Origin: Candidatus Latescibacterota bacterium
GTDB lineage: Bacteria > Latescibacterota > UBA2968 > GCA-2709665
Assembly: GCA_965208835.1 (NCBI GenBank)
Contig: OZ242358.1
Coordinates: forward strand, 3,424,001 to 3,488,000
Length of the DNA: 64,000 nt
Reading direction: 5' to 3'
In this document: positions 28,624-35,869 of the stretch, piece by piece
Layout of the letters: every line of letters starts with the position of its first letter
How positions within the stretch are numbered: the first letter of the stretch is position 1
Notes under the pieces: generated by a model
What the model was told of the DNA's origin: nothing
The model's database searches: none
Seen by the model: the letters and a program-made list of their open reading frames with translations, nothing else
Translations under genes and position numbers: made by a program

Positions 28624-29268
28624 TCAGATGCCGAGGGCTTCTTTGGCCTGGCCGATGGGGAACCTTGCGTTTTCGACCTCGGACTGCACGTGCAGCACCC
28701 GCCACATCGGCCCGTCTATCGTAAGTGCCGATGCGATGGCCCTGACCGCGTCCTTCACCGACAGCGCGGCGTCGCCGTCGCCGCCAACTTCCCCGAGTCG
28801 CAAACACGTCACGCGCACCGAGTGTTCCCGCGCGAATTCTCTGCACGTGAATTCACCCAGGTACTTCCCAATGGGTCCCGCGTCCGTGGACGGCCTCGGC
28901 GCCCACTGCTCGGTCACGTTCCAGTTCGGATCGCACGTCTCGAACAGGCTCATCGAACTGAGGTACACCACGTGGCCGACGTTTTTTTCCCTGGCGGCTA
29001 CCATCAGATTGTACGTACAGCGCGTCTGGAAATCGATCTCGCGCTCGTCACTCCGTTGGCCTTCGGGCAGTTCCGCGACATGCACGATCGCATCCATTCC
29101 TTCCACCAGCGATTCCGTCTCGCCATCGTGGCCCAACTCGCACTGACGAAAGGGAAACTCCGTGGTGACGTCCGAGACGTCGGTCAACGTCACTTCGTGC
29201 TGCTGCGAAAGATCCGCCGCCAATGCCTGGGCAAGCGCCGTCCCCGCCGATGTAATCAGTAATTTCAT
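28624..29268 (-). CDS. Divergent SDR/epimerase-fold protein
   Basis: MKLLITSAG, GMDAIVHVA, VVYLSS. The Gly-rich motif is degenerate and the YxxxK Tyr is missing (PIGK). Confidence 0.7.
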   Translation of the reverse strand: MKLLITSAGTALAQALAADLSQQHEVTLTDVSDVTTEFPFRQCELGHDGETESLVEGMDAIVHVAELPEGQRSDEREIDFQTRCTYNLMVAAREKNVGHVVYLSSMSLFETCDPNWNVTEQWAPRPSTDAGPIGKYLGEFTCREFAREHSVRVTCLRLGEVGGDGDAALSVKDAVRAIASALTIDGPMWRVLHVQSEVENARFPIGQAKEALGI

Positions 29269-29385
29269 GAATCATACTCCTGTAATTGAAACCACATCCG
29301 TACGTGGACAGGTAGACTTTCACCGCCAGATAAGGTTGTCAGTCCTGCTATAGCGACTGCTGTCTACGCGCATACAAACCGCGTC

Positions 29386-29709
29386 CTAAACGGCAACCAC
29401 GCGTCGTTGTCCCTCCCCGCTTTCTGACGGGATGATTCTGATCTCGATATCGCGATTCAGGCGGGTAAGGAATGTCATCAGACGCTCTACGCTGTAGTGG
29501 TTAAACTTCCCCCTCTTGAGACGGGATATTTCGGGTTGCTGCACTCCCAGGATTTCCGCGGCTTCCGCCTGCGTCAGCTTCCGTCTTCCTATAATTCGAA
29601 ACACCTCAAAACCGAGCGATGCCTTTAGAAACAGCTCACCCGCTTCGGGTAATTCCAGATCCTCGAACACGTTGCCTGAACTCCGCTCAACGGCGATCTC
29701 ATCGCTCAT
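29386..29709 (-). CDS. XRE-family HTH antitoxin
   Basis: ERSSGNVFEDL, LTQAEAAEILGVQQPEISRL, SVERLMTFL, DIEIRI. Confidence 0.88.
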   Translation of the reverse strand: MSDEIAVERSSGNVFEDLELPEAGELFLKASLGFEVFRIIGRRKLTQAEAAEILGVQQPEISRLKRGKFNHYSVERLMTFLTRLNRDIEIRIIPSESGEGQRRVVAV

Positions 29710-29779
29710 GCTTCGCCTCCAGTTGCTGTGCCGCTTTCAGGCGTCTCCTCATTGGATCCACCTCTTTCGCCGGGATCAC
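29699..29779 (-). pseudogene. C-terminal remnant of a RelE/gp49-like toxin
   Basis: Reads VIPAKEVDPMRRRLKAAQQLEAKHER* and overlaps the antitoxin start; resembles the P-x-x-E-I-D-L-I-x-x-R-L-K-x-A tail of gp49-type toxins. Confidence 0.55.
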
Positions 29780-29796
29780 TCGGAGATCATGAAATA

Positions 29797-29825
29797 AATA
29801 TAACCATTTGGATATAAATTGTCAA
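29797..29825 (-). promoter_or_regulatory. Toxin-antitoxin promoter with operator-like palindrome
   Basis: Minus strand TTGACA-17 nt-TATATT overlapping the imperfect palindrome TATATCCAAATGGTTATA. Confidence 0.65.
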
Positions 29826-29869
29826 GGTCTTCGATCCAGGTATTGCAATATAGACCCTCTTCGGTCGGC

Positions 29870-30388
29870 CTAAAGATGTCGATAAAGGGTCACCTGGTGC
29901 TGGGCAATATTGAAACCCGCTTTCTCGTATGCGCGGCGCGCCGGGGCGTGACCCTCGTCCAGACCCGTACCCACGCACGCAAAACGGAGGCCCTCAGACC
30001 TGAAGCAATCCAGGGCGTAGCGATACATTGCCGTACCGAGCCCGTTGCCCTGTGCTTCGGGCGCAACGGCATTGTTCGTTATTCTGCCCAGGGACTTCCT
30101 CTGATCGATCGAAAACGTCAGGAATGCCGCCACACGCCCCGTCTGTGTGGCAACGACAACGCGGAACCACTCCGGATGCGCCTCCCAGTGGCGGCGGACC
30201 GCGGCCGTTTTCTCATCCTCCCAATTCGCGCACAACACGGCGTGCATTTCCTCACCCATGATTTCAGCGGTACTCGCGTGGATCCTCTGCCACGCCTGGC
30301 GGGCGATCTCACCCACGCGCTCCATATCTCCCGAAGCCGCGCGTCGTATTTGAAACCCTGCGGCGAGTTCGGAATCCGGAAGGCTCAT
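29870..30388 (-). CDS. GNAT N-acetyltransferase
   Basis: AVAPEAQGNGLG acetyl-CoA motif, PARRAYEKAGF. Confidence 0.88.
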   Translation of the reverse strand: MSLPDSELAAGFQIRRAASGDMERVGEIARQAWQRIHASTAEIMGEEMHAVLCANWEDEKTAAVRRHWEAHPEWFRVVVATQTGRVAAFLTFSIDQRKSLGRITNNAVAPEAQGNGLGTAMYRYALDCFRSEGLRFACVGTGLDEGHAPARRAYEKAGFNIAQHQVTLYRHL

Positions 30389-30558
30389 CCATCCCCCTGG
30401 TTTTCGTTATTTGGCGCCTGGTCCTGAATGGAGTCTGCAGCAGGAAGAGCGAATGGACTTCACGTGCGGAACGCGTTACCCTCGGCCGTTGCACTGCAGT
30501 GAAACGTCATCAGGACAGGACGCGCAGTCGACGGCGCTGTTCGCGAAATATAAAGGCG

Positions 30559-30617
30559 TTGACATTCGGTCGGGAGCCGATATCTTGAAATCGAATTCTT
30601 GACAGTCCGTTGACAGT
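30559..30617 (+). promoter_or_regulatory. Putative promoter plus direct repeats
   Basis: TTGACA-16 nt-TATCTT, followed by TTGACAGT twice at 11-bp period. Confidence 0.4.
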
Positions 30618-30655
30618 GTCGCTCTGCATGCGGGGCACGAAAGGAGCCTAACCGG

Positions 30656-31420
30656 ATGAAACTTGGAATCGTCACCTATCAGATCGCGAAAGACTGGGAT
30701 GTCCCCACACTGATCGACATGTGCCACACCACGGGAATCCAGGGCGTCGAACTTCGCACCACCCACGCACACGGCGTGGAGATCGCGCTTTCAGCCGCTG
30801 AACGGAGCGCTGTCCGACGTCGGTTCGAAGACGCGGAAGTCGACATCGTCGGCCTGGGAAGCGTCTACGAGTACCATGACGCGGATCCGGAGACCGTGCG
30901 CCGGAACATCGACGGGACCGTCGAATACGCGAGACTCGCCGCGGACCTGGGCTGCTCCGGCGTCAAGGTGCGTCCCAACGCGCTGCAGACGGACAAAGGC
31001 ATTCCGGAAGAAGAGACCCTGGAACAGATCGGGCGTGCGTTGGGAGAATGCGGCGAAGCAACCGTGGACCTGGGCGTCCAGATTCGCGTCGAGGTCCACG
31101 GCAGGGACACGTGCGAACCCCGGCGCATGCGCACGATCATCGACCATGCCGGCCACGACAACGTCTACATCTGCTGGAACTGCAACCCCCAGGACGTCGT
31201 TGACGGCTCGGTGAGGAGCGGCTTCGACTTGCTGAGACACAAAATCGGGCTCGTGCACATCAACGAATTGCACAAAGCCGAATACCCCTGGCGGGAACTC
31301 TTCGGGCTGCTGAAAGCCGAAGGATACGACGGATACACCCTGGCCGAAATCCCCGACAGCCCGGAGCCGGAACGTCTCCTGCGTTACTACAAAGCGCTGT
31401 GGCAGGCGCTCATGGTCTAG
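30656..31420 (+). CDS. Sugar phosphate isomerase/epimerase (xylose isomerase-like TIM barrel)
   Basis: GVELRTTHAHG, IRVEVHG, LVHINEL, YTLAE. AAGGAG RBS. Confidence 0.85.
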   Translation: MKLGIVTYQIAKDWDVPTLIDMCHTTGIQGVELRTTHAHGVEIALSAAERSAVRRRFEDAEVDIVGLGSVYEYHDADPETVRRNIDGTVEYARLAADLGCSGVKVRPNALQTDKGIPEEETLEQIGRALGECGEATVDLGVQIRVEVHGRDTCEPRRMRTIIDHAGHDNVYICWNCNPQDVVDGSVRSGFDLLRHKIGLVHINELHKAEYPWRELFGLLKAEGYDGYTLAEIPDSPEPERLLRYYKALWQALMV

Positions 31421-33399
31421 CAGCCCCGTATCCGGAAGCTCCATACTTCGGATTTGTGGGTAAACCAAAGTCTGCCCGAGCGAATGACAATGCCCGCATT
31501 CGCATTCACCGGGGGCGTTCCCAGCGACGCGTGTTCGAACGAACCCGGTTCGATCCGAACGATCGCGTTGCGAAAGAGCGCGTAGATCATATTGTCGGGC
31601 CCCGCCGCCATGATCCTGGGGGCCTGTTGGCCCGCCAGGTCGCCGTAAGGCAGCTTCGCCTCGAAGTGGACGATCTCGCGCGACCCGGGATCGAAAACGA
31701 AGAATGCGGATCCGGCGGCCAGGCCGTAGATCAATCCGTCGGGACCCAGGAGCATGTCAGGAATCACCGTGGCGCCGGGCACAACCACCTCGCGAAAAAG
31801 CACACGGCCTTCATCCGGATCCAGAATGTAGAGTTCCGCCTCCTTCGCGTGCGTCTCACCTCCCGTGCCGGGACTGATCGTCGTCCCGCACACGATGTTC
31901 CCGTCCGGCAGCGCCGCAATCGATACCGTGCTGTGGGCGGGAATCAGCTCCTCGTGTGTCAACAGCGTATGGCTCCCGGACCCGGTATCCCAGATCAGCA
32001 TCCCTCCCCCCGTCAAGCCATAGCCCGGCGTTCCCGTCATGATCAACCGCCGCCCGTCAGGGTGCGCCAGCAGCGCGTGCGGGCGGATAATTGTGGGATT
32101 CACGGATATTAAAACCCTGGGGTTCGGGTCCTCGGGCGCCCGATCGTCCCACGGCCGCGCGGGGTCGTATTCCCAGAGCCTGCCGTCCGCGTACTCCGCG
32201 CAGTAGATCTTTTCGCCCTGAACGGCGAGCGCGTTCAGGTGTCCGATCAGGTCCAACAGCCCGTGGTGGGTGAACGCATCCGCCTCCGGATCGTACGTAT
32301 AGAACCTCAGGGGATGCCCGGTCGAACCGTGGATTCTGCCGTCCGGACCCTCCGCGATCGACAGGATGGGGGATCCGGCCGATTCATAGTCGATTTCCAG
32401 ACGTCTTACCGTTCCCGCCTCGGTGACCTCGACGTACTTCTCCGGAAGGTTGATCTCATCGAGCGACCAGCCATCCGGGAAATTGTCCAGGACCGCCTCC
32501 TGGATGCCGGCCAGGATCGGCCGCTCGGCGGCGGGCGCGTCCACCGACGTCACCGCGCCTTCGAGCATCGCCCACCACGGACCGGTGTCGTACGTCCTCC
32601 CGTACACCTTGCTGTCCACGCCCCGGTAGACGGTCGATGAGCCGTGCCGGCGGTCGGATTCGGGAATCAACGCGGCACGTTCGCCTGTTGCCGGATTGAA
32701 TGAAACGATCTGCCCGCGCGTGGCGCCGATGCCCGCGTAGACCCACCCGGAACCGTCCACCGCGATCGTCCTCGGGTACTGCGGCCAACTCTCATGGTTC
32801 AGCGGGCCGTGGTTCTCCAGTTTTCTACTGTCCGGATCGAAGCTCAGCAATTCGCAGTTGGGATACGCGGACGTCCAGACCGTGCCGTTATCGTCTTCTG
32901 TAAACGACATGGCGAATCTCGGCGGCGCATCGGACCAGAACGTGAAGCGGCGTGATTCGGCGTCGAACTCCACGAACTTGTCGAAATACGAATAGAACCG
33001 GTTACGCGTGGACAACAGAACAGCGAAGGGTGTCGAGGCCATCCCGAACGGAGTCGGAATCTGATCCACCTCGCCCGACCGCGCGTCAATCACGAGAATC
33101 GACCCGCAACCCCGGTGGTCCATCGGCCACGCCAGGACGATCGGCCGCCCGTCGCCGTCTACCGTTGCCGCTACCCCTCGCGCACGACACACCGGAGCCG
33201 CCACGCCGTGGCGCGCGAACCCGTCACCGAAATCACGGGTCCCCGCGCTTGCCGCGCGCCTGAAGATCAACAGAAGTGCCGCGAGGACTGTCGCAAATGC
33301 CGAGAATAAAACCAGGCTCATGCCTAACCTCCGGAGAGACGCATCAGATACCGCCGGATCCACGGCTGCCAATATGCCGAGCCGAACCTCGAAAGTCAA
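31417..33399 (-). CDS. Beta-propeller repeat hypothetical protein (start uncertain)
   Basis: Recurrent blade motifs LLSFDP, IVSFNP, FYTYDP, LWEYDP, LYILDP, FFVFDP and GPDGxIYG. Confidence 0.7.
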   Translation of the reverse strand: MTFEVRLGILAAVDPAVSDASLRRLGMSLVLFSAFATVLAALLLIFRRAASAGTRDFGDGFARHGVAAPVCRARGVAATVDGDGRPIVLAWPMDHRGCGSILVIDARSGEVDQIPTPFGMASTPFAVLLSTRNRFYSYFDKFVEFDAESRRFTFWSDAPPRFAMSFTEDDNGTVWTSAYPNCELLSFDPDSRKLENHGPLNHESWPQYPRTIAVDGSGWVYAGIGATRGQIVSFNPATGERAALIPESDRRHGSSTVYRGVDSKVYGRTYDTGPWWAMLEGAVTSVDAPAAERPILAGIQEAVLDNFPDGWSLDEINLPEKYVEVTEAGTVRRLEIDYESAGSPILSIAEGPDGRIHGSTGHPLRFYTYDPEADAFTHHGLLDLIGHLNALAVQGEKIYCAEYADGRLWEYDPARPWDDRAPEDPNPRVLISVNPTIIRPHALLAHPDGRRLIMTGTPGYGLTGGGMLIWDTGSGSHTLLTHEELIPAHSTVSIAALPDGNIVCGTTISPGTGGETHAKEAELYILDPDEGRVLFREVVVPGATVIPDMLLGPDGLIYGLAAGSAFFVFDPGSREIVHFEAKLPYGDLAGQQAPRIMAAGPDNMIYALFRNAIVRIEPGSFEHASLGTPPVNANAGIVIRSGRLWFTHKSEVWSFRIRGC

Positions 33400-33459
33400 G
33401 TGGATGCATCCGTACCAGGGAAGTCGCTGCAGCCAATTGCCGGGATGCCGGACGTTGCT

Positions 33460-33489
33460 AAAAAAACGCCGATCTACTCTCAGATCGGC
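33460..33489 (-). terminator. Intrinsic terminator downstream of the island genes
   Basis: Minus strand GCCGATCT-GAGAGT-AGATCGGC-GTTTTTTT. Confidence 0.7.
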
Positions 33490-33689
33490 TTCGTGAATAG
33501 CACATATATTATTCTTTGCAGCGTTGATGCATTCCGGACGATGAGATTCACACGGGACCGGTGACGTTTGCGTTGGAGACTATTGCCACTAGGGCAAAAC
33601 AGGTGGCGGCTCTATCCCTGCGACATAGGTGAATTCAAGCCGTTCGGTGTACTCCTGACCTATCGCGCTTTGCCCTGCCCTTAGCCGCC

Positions 33690-33774
33690 CCCTGAGCCTG
33701 TCGAAGGGTCGGCGAAGGGCCGTCTGACGCGACAGAACGGATATAGAAACGCGGGCACTTCGACAAGCTCAGTG
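33690..33774. repeat. Inverted pair of REP-like palindromes
   Basis: CCCTGAGCCTGTCGAAGGG (33690-33708) and CACTTCGACAAGCTCAGTG (33756-33774); a degenerate TTCGACAGGCT lies near 33802. Confidence 0.7.
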
Positions 33775-33899
33775 ACCACGTTTCTCAGGCGTTGCAGTCG
33801 TTTCGACAGGCTAAACTGCTGCAGCGCAGAATACGAACTATAGATCTCTCCCGGTAAAATGTCATCACAATTCGATTCTGACCGCACGTGGACACCGGA

Positions 33900-34490
33900 T
33901 TACAGATCCTTGTACCAGGTCAGTTCCACGTCGTCCAGTCCGTCTGCATGATAGGCGTACAGGTGGACCTTGCCGAGCCGCGCCCCCATGTGCGCGTAGA
34001 AGCGGCAGGCGGCGACGTTGATGTTCTGGGTCTCTATCTTCAACTGATTGCAACCACGATTCCTGGCACAGGTCTCGGCGTGTTGAAACAGCGACTTGCC
34101 GACGCCCCGTCCCCGGTCGTCCGGGCGGACCCGAATGTCCCACAGGCCGGCGAGGTCTTCCCGCCCTTCGCAATAGTTCACGTCATCGCCGTGAAAGGCG
34201 ACGATCGCGCCGCCGATGCGCTCTCGCTCCCGGAACGCGCCCAGGAAGATCCAGTTCGACAAATCCCACGATCTGCGCGCCAATCGTTCGGGGCCATCGG
34301 GTTCGTCATAGTCCTTGATATAGGGCGGCTTCACGGCTTCCTCGATCAGCCGGATCCCCCCCAGGCCGCCGGACACCCGTTCGACGCGAAAGCGGCTGTT
34401 CACTTCGAAGCCTATCGGCACGCTGCCGTATTCGGGCAGGACGTCGGCGGTTTCCTCAACGATGCGGAAATCCACTGCTCTTTCGATCAC
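33900..34490 (-). CDS. GNAT acetyltransferase (streptothricin acetyltransferase-like)
   Basis: PYIKDYD, LWDIRVRPDDRGRGVGKSL, LKIETQNINVAACRFYAHMG, WYKDL. Confidence 0.85.
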   Translation of the reverse strand: MIERAVDFRIVEETADVLPEYGSVPIGFEVNSRFRVERVSGGLGGIRLIEEAVKPPYIKDYDEPDGPERLARRSWDLSNWIFLGAFRERERIGGAIVAFHGDDVNYCEGREDLAGLWDIRVRPDDRGRGVGKSLFQHAETCARNRGCNQLKIETQNINVAACRFYAHMGARLGKVHLYAYHADGLDDVELTWYKDL

Positions 34491-34521
34491 CTGTCGTACC
34501 CTTCTGGTGTGCAGAACTGGC

Positions 34522-34812
34522 TCAACCCGACACCTTGACAAGCGGCTCGATGGCGCTGACGTCCGTCCTGGAACGGGCGACGTCAAGGTCGTACATCCGC
34601 TGCAGATTCAGCCAGAAGTCTGGGGTCATGCCCAGTGCCTTTCCGATTCGCAGCGCTGTATCCGCCGTAATGGACCTGCGGCAGTGGACGATATCGTGGA
34701 TGCGTACTTGCGGCACGCCTATCGTCTTGGCCAGGCGGTATTGCGTGATGCCGAGCTCCTCCACGATCTCCGCCAGAAGTTCTCCCGGGTGTAACGGTTC
34801 AGGGGTTGACAT
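34522..34812 (-). CDS. higA: HigA-family addiction module antitoxin
   Basis: PLHPGELL, TQYRLAKTIGV, ITADTALRIG, FWLNLQRMYDL. Confidence 0.9.
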   Translation of the reverse strand: MSTPEPLHPGELLAEIVEELGITQYRLAKTIGVPQVRIHDIVHCRRSITADTALRIGKALGMTPDFWLNLQRMYDLDVARSRTDVSAIEPLVKVSG

Positions 34813-34948
34813 TGGCACGCTCCTCGGTGGCAACCGGTGGCTTCGATTACCATACGATCTATATTATCTTCTGCATTAATTTCAGCATTATTGGCTATAA
34901 TCCCGGATGTTACGTGTTCGATGGCTTTCACACGAATTGTGCCAAATC

Positions 34949-35839
34949 TCATCCAACGTGAGGATGTTTACCTCTCCTATTTCCTGCGCATATCACTTCG
35001 ATCACATCCTTGCGCCAGCAGACACCAAGCGCTGCACCCTCTTCTTTCCTGCCAACACGACCACTATAGCAGCCGATAAACTCCATCGCGCGGCCGGACA
35101 ATACAACATCGTTCCGTTTCCAAAATCCGGGTTCCTTTTCTTCGATCGGTCCGTATGGATTCGACATGTCCCAAGGTCCAACATAAAGTGCGAATACTGG
35201 AGAACCGGACATACCCTCTCTTGTCTGTGAGTCAACAAAAAACGCGGGTAGAGTATTCCCATTCTGGAGGCCACCGAATTCCGACATTATGCCTCCAATA
35301 GTAACATTAAAGTAGGGCTCCGAGGCTATGTAGCCTGATTTCCACAGAGGAAGCCCGATGCCAACGCTGATTGATCGAGGGAATCCTAGTATGAACACAG
35401 TGCACCCAGGCTCCACTGGGATCCGGTCTTGACTAACGCGATTTGCCGCGTTGTGCCAAAAATCCGGACAGTTTTTGGGTCGTTTCATGGGCAAAGCGAC
35501 GACATCACACATAGATCCGATTTCCGGATGTTCGAGCCAGAGTGGTTCTAAATTCTCGTAGATATTTACTTTTCGAGCGACAGTTGTAAATGATTTTTTT
35601 GAATCCAGAATCGTTGCAAATTTGGCCTTTATGTACGTGGGGGTCCTTCCTCGGGAGCTTAATGGACACTTAGTAATAAAGTGCCTCCCGCTGAAATTGT
35701 GCCAGTTTGTTACGAGAAACCACTTGCTATCAGACTCGTAGAAAAAAGCAGTGCCGGCAGAAATAACACCTTGATCGTCCCACATTTGAATTTCAAATGG
35801 ACATTGCGAGTACGTACTCCTGATTCCTTTTTCAGGCAT
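34949..35839 (-). CDS. Trypsin-like serine protease
   Basis: GTAFF, FLVTNWHN (His), DVVAL (Asp), ILGFP, GMSGSPV (Ser). No obvious signal peptide. Confidence 0.82.
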   Translation of the reverse strand: MPEKGIRSTYSQCPFEIQMWDDQGVISAGTAFFYESDSKWFLVTNWHNFSGRHFITKCPLSSRGRTPTYIKAKFATILDSKKSFTTVARKVNIYENLEPLWLEHPEIGSMCDVVALPMKRPKNCPDFWHNAANRVSQDRIPVEPGCTVFILGFPRSISVGIGLPLWKSGYIASEPYFNVTIGGIMSEFGGLQNGNTLPAFFVDSQTREGMSGSPVFALYVGPWDMSNPYGPIEEKEPGFWKRNDVVLSGRAMEFIGCYSGRVGRKEEGAALGVCWRKDVIEVICAGNRRGKHPHVG

Positions 35840-35869
35840 CGGTTTAGACTTCCTATATTAATCGCGACA

